From positions 29,397,411 through 29,461,410 of the forward strand of contig CP154954.1 in assembly GCA_039621445.1 (NCBI GenBank): a DNA stretch of 64,000 nucleotides, given 5' to 3'. Under the pieces are notes generated by a model. That model worked only from the letters and a program-made list of their open reading frames with translations, had not been told where the DNA came from and searched no databases. This DNA comes from Euglena gracilis (lineage: Eukaryota). This document shows, in pieces, positions 25,701 to 38,400 of the stretch. The position numbers were made by a program, and so were the translations under genes. Positions within the stretch are counted from its first letter, which is position 1. Every line of letters begins with the position of its first letter.

Positions 25701-28632
25701 ACAGATATAGACAGAGAGAAAGAGAATATAGAAGAGAGGGAGAGGGATGAGTAGAGGAGAGGAGGAGATAGAGGGAGAGAGAAGAGAGAGAGATGGGCGA
25801 CAGGGAGAGAGAGGGACAGAGGGAGAGGGAGGGAGAAGAGGGGAGAGGGAGAGGAGGGGGAGAGGAGAGGAGAGAGAAGAGAGAGAATAGAAGAGAAGAG
25901 AAGAAAAAGAGAAGAGAGAGATAAGGAGAGAAGAGGAGAGAAGATAGAAGAGAGAGAGAGAAAGAGAAGAAGAGAGAGAGAAAAGAGAGAACAGACAGAG
26001 AAGAGAGAGAGGAACAAGAGGAAGAGAGAGAGAGAGAGGGGAGAGACAGGATTAGGAGAGAGTGCGGATAAGAGGGATATAGAGATACATATAGGGAGAG
26101 AGATATGAAGAGGGGAGATAGAGAAATATAATATAGAGAAAGATAGAGATGAAATATATTAGAAGAGATAGAAAGAGAGGACAACAGAGATATATAGATA
26201 TAGAGATAGAGAGATATTATATAGAGATAGATATATACATGGATACAGACTATATATATAATATCGATATATAATATACATATTAATATATAAAGTATAT
26301 GTGTATAGACATATATATATATATATATACATTTGTATGTATATATGTATAAATCTGTATACATATATACATGTATATAATGTATATATATGTATATAAG
26401 TGTATATATATTATATATAATATATATAAATATAATATATATAAAATATAATAAAAATATATAAAATATAAATATATAAATATATATATATATTCTGTAT
26501 ACATGTATAATAGAATGTTTGAGTATGACAGGGGATGATGGGACACGAAGCAAATGTTGTCACTAAAACAAATGCTGTCTCTTGAGTAATATGCTCTCAT
26601 ATATACCCTCACACTCTCAAATTCACTCTCAAATATGTTCATGTGGGGGGCACTGTTGAGCCAAGCAACACTTGCCGGACAACCTGCAGCAAGTGCCGCC
26701 CTTTCAGGTGCTTGAACGGGGAGAGGTGGTCGCCCTCCCCGGCGACCGGCGGCAGGAAGGTGTCGATGGCGTGAAGCAGCCCGTGCTCGCTGTCGAGGGA
26801 GAGGGTCGGCCGTATGGGGACTGGGTTGTGAGGTGTTTGCCATCTGCAGGGATCTGTGAACAGAGCCTGGCCACCCTCATAACGGAACATCTTCGAGGTT
26901 TCTGAGTTCTCCGGGAGCTGGCAGGCAAAATGGGAGTCAAAACTTCATTCGTGCATTCCGCTGCTGAACCACCTCTGTATCATTTCAATGATGCCACAAG
27001 AGACCAGGATGCTCTCCGACAGCAAAAATAAAGAAATTAATAAGTTGTACTTGCAGAATGGTTTCCAATAACGCTGGCCCACTTGGACGTTTGGTGTAAC
27101 CATGCCAAAAACTTTGCCCTCACTTGCAAAAGTTTGGAAACTGTCACACTTGTGACTGTTCCCAAGATGTGTATGCATGCACATGCACACGCACACACAT
27201 ATACACACATGCACACACACACACACACGCACGCACGCACGCATGCACACATGCACGCACGCATGCACACACACATGCACACACACACACGCGCTCACAC
27301 ACACACACACACGACACTGGCTGAGGTGGCCACACAATGTCGCGAAGGCAAGGGAGGCAATGTATCATGAACAAACTTGAGTTGTGAAAAATAAATAATT
27401 GAAGAAGGACCCAGGGAGTTATTGACGACGCCTGACATGAAATTAGATGCAATTCTCTCCTAACACCAACACACAGCACATACAGAAATATTGGAGCCGA
27501 CCCTTTGCAGACCAGGCCTTCGGCAGACGCCGGCTCACCCAACACATGTGAGTCACAGCAGTGGTGTGCTGGTGCACCATCCGGGCCGAGGACACGGCCT
27601 CCGCGGTGGCCGAGGCGCTGAACCGCACCACGCACTTCCCGTCCTCCACCCGGTGGTCGCAGGGCCTCCCCGCCTCCAGCCCCCCCCACGCACAAAAAAA
27701 AAGTAACGGGAAAGGCAGATGAATAAAATGAAGAACACAAATAGAATGCGCCACTGTAGGACATGAAAGACAGATAGTTTGCGTGTGACCTGGCACAGCG
27801 TTCAACGGCCCGGGGCCTGGGCAGAGGTGCACCTCGCCGTTGGCCAGTCCCGCCGCCAGAAGCTTGCCGGTGGGGCTCCACAGCAGCGCCGTCACCTCCG
27901 CCGGGGTCGTCAGCTGGAACAGCCGCTGGAACGACAGCGCGTTGTGCAGGACGGTCCACGGCCGGTCACGCCGCGATGAGACGTGACCCAAAATGACTCC
28001 GATCCACTCACTCCGTCTTGGGGGGGGGGTCAGATCAACACACGTTGCACCTTGCACTCAATTGCCTCCTGAAAATGTGGTGGATGGATCGCAATGCAAC
28101 GCAGCGTTCTCAAGCTACAATATCGCTTTCAGTGGAGCGGCTGGCTAAGACTTACCTGGGGGGGTGGCCAGCATACAATTGCTTACCGACCCCCGGGGGG
28201 GGGGGAGGGGGGTCACTCCACTTTTTTTTAAAAACCAGTCAGTCACTCATTTTCAAAAAACCAGCCAGTCACTACCCCCCCCCCTGGGGGAGGTCGGCCA
28301 CTCAGAAAAACGGCCACTTTCCAGTCACTTTAGGCCATTTTAGGCCCAAAAAAATTTTCGGCGCCGGGGTCACTCAAGCCACTTTTGCCCACTCCTGGCC
28401 GACCCCCCGGGGGGGGGGGGGGGAGGGGTCCGGGCCAAAAACCAGTCAGTCACTCTGAAAAAACCAGTCACCCCCCCGGGGGGGGGGGGGGTTGGTCAGT
28501 GCTTAAGCAATTGTCTGGTGGCCAGCCGGGGGCGATGCTGCTCCGCGCCGCCACGGCGACCAGGTCCATCTCATGGCACAGTGTGACGAGGGAGATCGGG
28601 CCCGGCACGGCCTTGCTGTGGAGCAGCCGCAT
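7758..28632 (-). CDS. APC4: Anaphase-promoting complex subunit 4 (N-terminal WD40, helical domain, C-terminal WD40), roughly 20 or more short exons
   Basis: Exons 28532-28632 and 27823-27953 splice to [77 protein letters not shown], colinear with the ANAPC4 N-terminus as remembered (DLIALANTAGEVLLHRLASFHRVW...LAWRPDGKLLA). Mid exons read [17 protein letters not shown] and [19 protein letters not shown]. The last junction and exon (7758-7855) read [24 protein letters not shown]...AEA*. Several internal junctions are unresolved. Confidence 0.88.
7856..8662 (-). other. Nonconventional (euglenid-type) intron, last APC4 intron
   Basis: t|gcg CAGCCCCCT ... AGGGGGCTG tcgtcc|gt gives a 9-bp terminal stem with N3/N6 spacing. 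Joins in frame as RGTACVAT. Confidence 0.8.
10756..10967. mobile_element. MITE coinciding with an APC4 nonconventional intron (10751-10970)
   Basis: Minus-strand TIR CAGGGCGGTCCGG / CCGCACCGCCCTG. TSD gtgctgcc / gggccgcc (6/8). Removal gives [17 protein letters not shown] in frame. Confidence 0.8.
16488..17289 (-). other. Nonconventional intron following a 13-nt micro-exon (17290-17302)
   Basis: cac|agc CAG gcGAGGCGGCTG ... CAGCCGCCTC cggCCG atccac|aag. Yields VEAALHKLVRR, gap-free against remembered APC4. Confidence 0.65.
17308..17752. mobile_element. MITE coinciding with an APC4 intron
   Basis: Minus-strand TIR CAGGGCGTCGCTT / AAGTGACGCCCAG. TSD gtggaggc / gtagaggc (+ strand 17753-17760 and 17300-17307). 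Internal sequence resembles ~55165-55875. Confidence 0.88.
17835..18798 (-). other. Nonconventional intron of APC4
   Basis: ctc c|gag CAG ... ggCTG ccggc|at gtg. Joins LYLHVTG in frame, with no GT/AG at the ends. Confidence 0.75.
18170..18453 (+). mobile_element. 3' end of a 5'-truncated relative of the non-LTR element
   Basis: TCCGGTAGGGCTGAGC (18172) matches the 56-bp 3' UTR repeat of the full element. The end CGCGGAGCCTGTACATGCCCAGGCA(CCAAA)4 resembles 51781-51824. 5' boundary uncertain and may extend to ~17860. Confidence 0.75.
21805..22480. repeat. 18-bp minisatellite (TGCATCTTGTCCAGCATC)n
   Basis: Over 30 degenerate units. (AGCATCGCCC)n 10-mers lie nearby at ~21419-21447 and ~22856-22946. 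Confidence 0.92.
23025..23267. mobile_element. MITE, TIR CAGGGGTTTTTT, 8-bp TSD
   Basis: TTCCTGAT is duplicated at 23017-23024 and 23268-23275. Confidence 0.9.
23700..26520. repeat. Purine-rich AG / TA low-complexity tract
   Basis: Almost C-free scrambled (GA)n/(TA)n. Probably a long microsatellite with base-calling noise. Confidence 0.85.
27655..27822 (-). other. Nonconventional intron 2 of APC4
   Basis: ctc t|gcc CAGgcc ... ggccCTG cgacc|ac cgg. Joins VHLYRVEDGK. Confidence 0.8.
27954..28531 (-). other. Nonconventional intron 1 of APC4 (CGG/CCG variant)
   Basis: atc gc|ccc CGGctggccac ... gtgaccggCCG tggac|c gtc. About 10 of 11 positions pair. Joins SSIAVLHN. Confidence 0.78.
28172..28517. 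mobile_element. MITE, TIR CATACAATTGCTTA/TAAGCAATTGTCTG, 8-bp TSD, internal CCAGTCAGTCACT repeats
   Basis: GTGGCCAG is duplicated at 28164-28171 and 28518-28525. The element is intronic. Confidence 0.92.
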
Positions 28633-29130
28633 CGGTCCTGACCCGCCGCCCTGCCGCAGCGGGTCAGGCGCCCACAGGGATGGCGGGTGCCCTGCGGATG
28701 GGTGGGACAGCCGTGGGGGGGGGGGCTGCTTGTGGGAGGAGGGCGGGAGAGGTGGGGACTGGGGAGAGACTTCCCCTGAGACCAGCCTTAGGGGTTGGCA
28801 AATTTTCCACCAATTTTGGCCCAGTCCTTATCCTTATCCGGTTCTTTGACCGTCCGCGGAACCGAAGTTTTCCCACCCTCTTACTGTCGAGGTGGGAGGG
28901 GAGGTCTGACCCCCCCTGTCCGTGTTGGGGGTCTGGTCCCGCTTCCCACACATCCCTGGCCGTGTGCTGTGGGGCCTCCGGCTCCGGGGAACCCAAACGG
29001 TCAAACAGTCCTTGCACTTCCCCCTGCAGTTCTGCGACACCAGACAACATCTGGTATAGTTTACTGATCTGGGTGCCCTATATTGGTACTTGAAAAACGT
29101 GGTTCCGTCGCGAGATCGGCCGCTGGGGGG

Positions 29131-29684
29131 GGGGGCAGAACGAGAAGGCCTGGTGGGTCGACCCCCCACCCGGGAGGTAGGGGGTCGAACCCCCCACCCA
29201 CCACAACATTTTCATCAATTTCAGGAAAACAGGGATGTTGGCCAGGAAAATTTTTGAACTTTTTTGAAAATAAACCCAAAATGCATGTAATTTTTAGGAG
29301 GGGGGTGAAAAAAATGAAGGTCAAAAAAATTGGACCAAATCCTGGCACAATCAAATTTTACTGACATTTTTTCTCTTTGAATTCCTTTCAATTTTCAATG
29401 TCATTTTTTGCTTCAAAAACCTCTCAAAATTAAAACTTTGAGAAAATGTTGAATTTTTGGAAGGTGTGAAAAAATGGGGTTTCGGGGGGTTTTTTGGGGG
29501 CGGGCCCCCTATATGGGTCCGAAGGCGCCGGAAAAATTTTTTCTGGTCCAAAAATTGGTGCTCCCGGAAATACGGGAAGAGGTGGGGGGGGTGGTCGACC
29601 CCCCACCCACTATGCAGGGGGTGGGGGGGGGTCAACTCCTCCACCCACCACTCTGGCCGTTTGGCCAATTCCCGTTCTGCCCTG
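29131..29684. mobile_element. MITE, CAGGGCAGAACGGGA family, intergenic copy
   Basis: Right TIR TCCCGTTCTGCCCTG is intact. The left end is eroded in a G-run. The body closely resembles 52431-53035 and 37649-38240. Confidence 0.82.
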
Positions 29685-30499
29685 GGGGGGGGGGCAATGT
29701 GACTGAATGGTTTTGGAAAAAATGGAAAATGAGCAGGTAAGCAAAGGTGTGGCTGGGACAAACGGCCACCCAGTTCCAAAGGCTCCGGGACATTGCTGCA
29801 CCCACGGAAGAAAGCATGGCTTTCCGTTTCTTTTTTTATTGCTCAAGCGGTCGATGGTGGGGTGGGGGGTCAAAATGGTTGGGAAGAGGAAAGCAAATGC
29901 GGGGAAAACGCCCTGCTCCACTGCCGAGAATTCTCTTCCAACTGTGCTCCGTTATTCTGTCGCTGTCAAGTCCAACCCGGCACAAGTCGCAGTCGGCAGG
30001 TATCCATTTCGACGTGTAATTGTTGTTGACTTTAAAATGCACTCATATTATAACCTTTTGAATTATGAAAAACTATCATCATTTTCCCTCCAATGTTGGA
30101 TTTCCCCTTTTTTTTCACATCATTTTCACCGTAATTTTGTCTCCCGCAGTTTTGTTCGCGCTGTAGACAAAATTTGGAGGGACTGCTTGGTATGGTTTGG
30201 GCTGGTGCACAAGGTTAAATAACAATGCGTCAAAACAGGGTCACCAAAGAGGTCACAGTAATGAAATGAAAAGAAAGGCAATGGAAGGTAATGATGTGCT
30301 GTACAATCATGCCTCCTCTGCGACTTCATGGGGTTTTTTTACAATGCAGATGAAAGAGAGAGAGAGAGAGAGAGTGTGTGTGTGTGTGTGTGTTTGTGTG
30401 TGTGAATGTGTGCATCGCAAGAAGGCTTTGACTTGCCGAGCAAAATGTACAATGAGCACCTGATGGGCTATGGTACACAACAGCGAGGGGTTGCAGCGA

Positions 30500-33400
30500 T
30501 CAAACACAGCGGACGCAGACACGGTTGGTGTTGGTGAGGGCAAGGCGGGGGCAACACTTGTCGCAGGCCACGCAGCCGCACACCCGGCAGTGGTGGCGGC
30601 GCCGGACAAATGTGAACTGCGAACAGCGAACGAAAGGAAGTTGCGAAGGGGGGCAGGGAGGTTTGCAGGCAGCCGGAAAAGGCCCAACAGAATCCCCGAC
30701 CACTTTCTTCACAAATGCAAATTCTGGGGAATGTCGTACAATGTTCTGCAGTACAAAATTCCAATCACACCTGGTCAACCACAGATTTGCGCAATTGACA
30801 GATTGAACAATGCAAGAAGCGAAAGAATGTCCCACAGATGCGTCAGCGACAATGCTGCCTAATGAATTCTCATCTCAACACCCACGGAGGGATTAAAACA
30901 CCTGTTGAACCGCAACTGCGGGCACAGCTGCAGGGGGGGGGGACCTCCTTGCGGCAGACACTGCAGTGGGTGCTGTCGGGCTCCCACTGCTCCCTCCGGA
31001 TCCACACTTTTGGCGCATCACCGTCAGGGGTCCGCTCTTGCACCTTGGCACGGAGAGGGGATGCGAAGGGTGACTGACACAACACCCACCATGGAAGCTG
31101 GAGACCTAAACACAGACTTAAGTCAAAATTCGACCCAAGGGATTCTTGGTGTTTTCCAACAAATGTTTAGATACATGCATTAAAACAAAAACATGTATGC
31201 ACATGTGTTCACTGAATTGAAAACAAGGACACTGGCGATAAGAAAATTCCCAAAGCGTTGGATTTTTTTTTCGGGAAAAAGGTCTGTGGGAGGTGTTTGG
31301 AGGAAAACAGGTACGGGGTGGTATCTTTGGATGTGACCCAAAATTTCACCCAACCCACGTAATGGACATTTTGGAGTGGGCTTATCGCAAATAACCGCAG
31401 GGATATTTCGAAATTAATGCGGCCGGTGTGCCATGTACGGAGCATAGCCTTGCAAAAACGACAGGGAGCAGATGCATGCAAACGGCAGATCGACTTGTTG
31501 AAAAAACATTGGAGACCAGGAATAGTTCCAACCCAAATTGTGGTGGATTGAAAATCCCCGTACAGGATATTTTACCCAAATGGCAATGTGTTCGAAATTT
31601 GAATTTCGTTGATGTTGATTATTGCCAGTTTTCTGATTGGGGGACCAAAAACACCCATATTTGGGGGAGTGAGAATCTCCTAAGTTTGAAGGATAAAAAA
31701 TTTTAATGGAAAAACCTGCCCAAATATGGCGTTGAAGGAGAGGGGCAGGTGGACGCACATGGAGCAATTGGGTGGGAGGCATATGCACATCAAAAATGGA
31801 GAAAGCCTCAAAAATTGATTGAATATCTGCTTTCGGCCCTTGATGTTAAGGAGGAGAAGTTTTCCTTCGAAAGGGAGGATTATGCCATGAGAAACTTGAC
31901 TGAGGAGAATTTTCAAAAGAGAGCCGAAACGGATTGCTTTGCCCCCTTCAAAAATTATCAATGTGCTTTTTTTTAGAAAAAAGAAGAAGCCTTGAGCATT
32001 GATTGCGGGGGCATGGTGTGGTTGAACCCCCTTTGCCTTTGTGGCATAGGGTGGCAAAAAAGTTGCAAAGAACCCCGTGTGATGCAATATGCATTGTTCC
32101 CGATTGGCAAAGGGAATGGGTGAGAGAAATTGTGTGAAACACAACACACAAGTTGTATTTACAGGCTGGTACACCGCCTTTCGAAGTGGACTGGAAACCC
32201 ATGAGAGGTGTGACGTGGGGAGTTTGGGTCTTGTTGATAGAAGGTAACAAGCCTCCCACCAGCACTAACGCGCCTGAGGAACCAAAGGTTTCACGTTTGA
32301 AGTCACGCATGGTGAAGAAAAGGCACTCGCGCACAGGATCAGCAAGTTTTCTAAGGATCGGCAACTTTTGCTTCGCACAAAAGTGATTTTGGTCAACGGG
32401 GAGGAACGGGATATGTATATTTTGGTGGATGCAGGGGCGGAAGCAAACCCCATAAGGCAAGGATTCATAAGCGATCACCTTATGCACACGGCTGAACATC
32501 CCCTTAAGTTTGAAATGGCTGACGGCCAATTTTAAGTGGGGGTACAAAATGCACTAAGGTGAGAATGAAGTGGCTGGGTGAGGAGAGTAATGGGGCACCA
32601 CCCGAGTGCGTTGAGTATGAAATATTCGTATTTTACGAAGCAAATGAAAAGGTGCATGCCACTTTGTCGTTCCCATGGCTTGCCCGAGCAAAGCTTGGAA
32701 TTTTCCCACATCACCGAGCTTTGGTTTTAGAGAACCCTGAAGAGAGGGAGAAAGACTGGAAGACCTTTGACTGCATCAACCTTTCATAGTCGGCCTTGAA
32801 AGTCATCACCTGAGATATTGTGCGAGATGGAACTGTAAAAAAAATATTGGAAAATATTGAATAAGAATGATATGTGATTCAGCCTCCTCCAGCAGAAGTG
32901 TACACATTCCCAAAACTGCAATTTCCGCAATTTTCCCGATTTTTTCCCGCAATTATTACAAATGCCTCCGATATCCATCCCCTTCCAAGCAATGATATTT
33001 ACAGTCAATTACCACTTATCATGTTGCATTCAATACACTATCAGCAGCAGCACTTCAAAGTATCAATTCTTTTCATTTTGCAACATTTGTGCATGTTTCG
33101 AGCTGTTGTTTACACTTTTCCAACAAAAAAATACAAAAACAGGATTTTTGTACTTTTGGGAACATGCTGATTTTAGAAATTTGGAAATTGTTGGCTGAAA
33201 AATCCGAAAATGACTAAAAATTGACAAAAAGTTTGGCCTCAGGTTAAATCTGGTCCAGAATTTTTATAAACTGAAAAAACAATTCCCATCAGAAATTGGG
33301 GGAAAGCCCTAAAAAAGGCCATAGAATCGCCAAATTTTGTCAAAATTTGTAAAACTTGGCAAATTTTGGCAACAAAGTAACAAAAGGCACCTGGGTTCCT

Positions 33401-35440
33401 TTGTAAAACGTTCAAAGAATGGGCGGAACCCGTTTCGCCTTTCATTTTCAGATTTCAGGTTCGTGCGGGAGGTTTGCGAAGAGGGGAGAAAACTGCGGAA
33501 AATTTCGAAAATTGTGGGGGAAATTGCAGATATCAATTTCCCCCCTCTGCTGATTGAAAATTTTCAATGTTGATTTTTAAATGGATAAAAAATGTTGAGC
33601 TTTGGAAATGTGATGAACACACACTATGATGAATGCACTTCCCCCAGTGGTGAACGTTTGGCTCGCTGTGCCCAGAACGAGACCCGCACGCATAGCGCTC
33701 GGCACACCTCGGGAAACGCGCGGTAGTACTGGAACGGGTCCTCCAGCAGGGGCCGGGCGGCCTCTGCCACCTCCCGCTTGCGCGCCTCCGCCGCCGCGGC
33801 GTCCCCTTTGGCGAGGAAGACGAAGGCGTGGGCCATCGGGCGCTGGACCTGCGGCGGGCAGGGGCACAAAAGAGCCATTGGATGGACGCTGTGTTCCCGC
33901 CGGGCGAGTTGGCCAGCACTGGGGACCCCGGCAGCGGGGCAGGACCTCCCAGGGTCTCGGGCATGACAGTCCCCTGGGTGGCCGGCCACAGTTCCAAGGC
34001 TGCTTCGGCTGCCGAGGAATCAACAGACGGGCTGCACGGCGGGGTGGCAAAAAGGTGAAATAAGACGGTTCTGAGATCTCGGGGGCAGCAAACGGGTGTC
34101 GATGCACAGTTGGGGGCCGGTGGTGTAAAAGATGGAAGTGGGCCGCGCTGTCTGGAACAGTGGAAACTAAAAGAAATTGAAGGCCCCACCAGCAGAAAAC
34201 CCTCGGAAGGGGGAGAAGAGGAAGGGGGCGGACCTTCTCTAGAATCTCCCGCGCCTCCTCCTCGTGGATCATCTCCTTGGCCTCCTTCTCCACGCCCTTC
34301 GCCAAAGCGTCGTACTGCTGGAGGAACTCCTGTGTGACAAGCGGCACAAGAGCAAAGCGCCGTCACATCTCACTCTGGGGGGGTGACGATCACACACGAC
34401 TGCGGAACCGTTGAGGGGATAAGGAGGAGGGAAAGAGGGAAAGGAAGACAAGGAGGAAGGGAAAGGATAAGCGATGGTCCAAGGATGCCAGGAATAACTC
34501 TTTCCCCCAAAATCGACCTGTGCTTTCGGCCAATTTTTCTGTGGACTTTTCACTGAATGTGCCAGGACCAAACGTTGACTAAAGATCCGAAACAACATGC
34601 AATGGGGGGGGGGCAGCCAATAATGCACAACGCAAAGAATTGCAAAGAAAATGCAAAATTCATTCCCTTCAGCCCTCAGGAAGGCTGCTCTGCTGCCACC
34701 AAACGCAGTTGAGAGGTCGTCCACAAAATTTGCAAATTACCATTGTGAACAAAACAAAGAAGCGGCCAGGGGCTAAACTAGAAAGTGGTGGTGACAACGC
34801 GCCCATGCAGGGTGGGAACAGGGGGAGGGCATGCCTGCACTTGGGGGTAGCGGACGTACAGCTCCGCCTTTGGGCCAATGAGGCATTCTGTGGCGATCTT
34901 AAGGCTGGTCCACGCTGCGAGGACCTGCAGAGACACAGAAGCAGCATGGAAAGGGAGGCTGGAGCTGTAAGGGAAGGCCTGGGTGGGGAGGTGGTGGTGA
35001 CCCCCCTTTAGGTAGGGATGGGGCTGTGTCACGCACGAGATTTGGGGCGTGGGCAGGGGGGGGGAGTGGTTGGAGTTTCTGGTATTACCGTTCAGCCAGC
35101 TCGGGGGGGGGGGGGAGGCAACCTCCAAACCCAACTGTGTTCCTACCTGTATGTGCTTCATTTCGGCTTTTCGGATTTTTTGCCATTTTTCTCACATTTG
35201 GCTGGCGAAACGGCTTTTTCGCCGTTTTGCCAAAAAGCAATTTTGAAACAAATTGGCTTCTGATGGGTGGGAAAATGACTGGGCTGGGTCCCTGAGGCCA
35301 GCAACTCAGCAATTGTGGACTTGCATCAGGACTGGGTCTGCCCCAGGCTTTTGCTTAAGGACCCCCGGGGGGGGGGGGGTACTGGCTAGCCAATCGGCTA
35401 GACACTGGAAAAAGTGGACTAGCTAGACCCCCCCTCCCCC

Positions 35441-35475
<35 letters not shown>

Positions 35476-38400
35476 CCGGGGGTCCCCCGGACTGGAAAAA
35501 AAATCGCTGCGCGCCGGAGGAAAAATGAGGTTTTTAACAGGTTTTTGGCTGATTTTGTTCCAAAAATTCCCAAAAATGGCCAAAAACGGGCATTTTTGGC
35601 CATTTTTGGGGGTCCCAAAAAAAATGTTCGGCGCTTTGCGCCGGTCACTGGAAAAAAAATTTCCACTAGCTAGCCCTGCTAGCAGACCCCCCCCCGGGGG
35701 GGGGGTCTGCTAGAAAACCCACTAGCCAAATTTGGACTAGCTGCAGTCCAGCCCCCCCCCCCGGGGGGGTACTGCAATCCCTTAAGCAAAAGCCTGGTCT
35801 GCCCCCCCCAATGTGGCTGGCATTGGGGAACCTCCCCCAAATGCAAACAACCCGTTGCTTGAACTTCACCAGGCAGGCTGAAGGGTGGATGAACTTTGGG
35901 CAAAACAACAAAGAAATGCCTATTGTGATGAAGGAAAGGGGTGGCATTTTTTTTGACGAAAAACGCCTGTCTGCCAGCCCAAAAAAATAAGCAATGGTCG
36001 TCAAGTTGGTTGGGTGATTTTGTTGCTGATTGCTTTGGATTGGAGTGGAGATTTTCCTTCGCTTTCCCTAAATTTTAGCTTCATTTCCAGAGGTCTCTTA
36101 ATTTTGGACTTCGCGGTGGTGTCGGGGGGGGGGGTTCAATTTGGGTGTCGGTCGGTTCGGCCCCACAGGTTGCTGAAAATTGGGGGTTACTCACAGCGGG
36201 AGGAGAGGATGGCCGCTGGAGGGCGGGGGGGGGGGGGGGGGCACGGCCCCACCTGCTGGCCCTGCCGGCGACCCCGGGCCCGCTCCAAGTCGCGAAGCAC
36301 CCGGTGACAGCGGGCGAGGGCGTCCTGCATCTCGCGGTACCGGATGGCCGCCTCCGCCTGGGCGGGTACCGCCAGGGCCCCGGCCCGGTTGTCAAGAAGA
36401 AGGCTGACGCTCGCGCGCACATGCACGCGTGCGTACCATTAACCGTGCATTCCAAAACCAACAATATTGGTGTGAAAGGCGGCTCAGTGCTGGCTGTCCC
36501 CCACCCACATGGTTTTCTGGGGGGGGAAAGCGTGCGGCTGCTGAGGCATGTGGCTCACGGCGGGAAACACAATTGAAGCACAGCATTCGGGGGGAGGGTC
36601 AACATTTTGCCTCTCCTCACACTTGGGGCCCATGGTGAAGGTGTCTTGTGCTATGGGGTGCCTGCACATAGCAGGCAGACCCCTTGGTGAAAATACTCAT
36701 TTCGTGGTACCTGGCATGCCGTGAGGGGAGTGCGGCTCCAGCACTGCCCGACCCAACCCCAACCCCAGTGCAAAATCCACCCAAATGGCTTCAGGGGGTT
36801 CATATTCAATAATTTGGGTGAAACCTCGAGTTCCGGCCACTTTTAGAAAAAGAACACCGCTGCCCATTGGAATTTGTTCGTCAAGGCAAACCCACCCCAT
36901 TGAAAATGAAAATTGCCAACAAAAAGTTTTGCCTGCAAGGGAGGAAAAGGGAGGTTGGTTCTGGATTTTGCTGGGGTGGCCGGTCGTGGGGGCTTGTCCC
37001 ACCCCCCCCCCCACTGCCTGTCCACAGCGCCAACCCACCCCTGCGGGGACCGCACCGTGACTGGGGTGCGACCTTCCTTGCAAAGAAGACATGAGCACGT
37101 CCCTGCGCGTGGGAAAACACATGTGTGTGGTGTGGCTTATTGTGTTCCGGGGTTCCCCTCGAAGCCTGACAGACGTGGCCCTGCGCACGATGTCCTCCAG
37201 GGTCCCCACCTCCTGCAGCAGCTGATCCGCCTCCGGGCACTGCCGCCAGCGCATGGCGGCCGGTGGTTGGCCGTCGGGGGGCCCGCCTCCCCCGCCCCGT
37301 CAGCCCGCCCCACCGGAGAGCGGGGGGCCCAGGCGGGGGGGCCGGCAACCCTGCGGCCGGTAGGCAGCGTTGGCCTGGAGGGCGGCCACCCTGCACCACG
37401 CGGGGGGAGGGGAGCAGCGGGCGAGGAGCCAAAAGGTCAGGCGCGGGGACACTGGGGGAGGGGGTCCGATGACCCCCCAGCAGAGCGGCGGGGGCGGCAC
37501 ACCGGTCGGCCAGGAGGGCCCACCCCTTCTGCATGGCGGGCCCGTCCTGCTGCTCCTCGGGCTTCTCCAGCTGGGCGCGCAGCTTGGCCAGGGGATCCCC
37601 GGGGGGCCCCGGACCAACACTGCATTTGACCACCTGCCCCCCCCCCCCCAGGGCAGAACGGGAAGGCCTGGTGGGGGGGGTGGTCGACCCCCCCCCTGGG
37701 ACGAGGGGGGGGGGTCGACCCCTTCCACCCACCACAGCATTTGCACCACCAATTTCGGGGAAACGGGGATATTGGCCAGAAAAATTTTGAAAATTTTTTT
37801 TGAAAAATGAACCCAAAACACATGATTTTTTGATGGAAAACCACATTTTTTCCACAAAAAATCTCAAAAAATTCAGGGTTAAAAATTGGTACTTTTTAGG
37901 AGGGGGGGTGAAAAAAAAGAGGTCAAAAAAAGTGGACAAAATTTTGGACAATCAAATTTTACTGACATTTTTTCTCATTGAAAATTTTTGGACTTTGAAT
38001 GGCATTTTTTGCTTCAAAAACCTCTCAAAATCAACATTTTGAGAAAATGTTGATTTTCTGGAAGGTGTGAAAAAATGGGGTTTTGGCGCCGGAAAATTTT
38101 TTTCGGGTCCAAAAATTGGTGCTCCCGGAAATACGGGAAGAGGTGGTGGGGGGGTCGAACCCCCCCACCCACCATGCAGGGGGTGGGGGGGGGGGGGGTG
38201 GTCGACCCCCCCCCCGACCAGTCTTCGGTTTACCAACCCCGGGGGGGGGGGGGGGTGCCTTGGTGCCTGCCCATACTAGGCAACAAGGCAAACCCCTCGG
38301 GTGGGTGGTGCCCATAGCAGGCACCCCCCGGGGGTCGGTTTTGGGTCGTGGTGCCCGCCACAATTTCCCCTTGAAAAGGGCCATTTTCGGGCCCCCAGGC

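Noticed and set aside
25018-26553. 511-aa ORF and neighbouring ORFs
   Set aside because: They translate scrambled AG/TA low-complexity sequence, likely base-calling noise. A short APC4 exon could be hidden there.
28150-28517. MITE 28172-28517 as an exon-splitting intron followed by a GTAAGT donor
   Set aside because: That model adds extra residues (PGWPPPQ) and lacks a matching AG acceptor. The junction at 28532/27953 fits APC4 without gaps, so this MITE is intronic.
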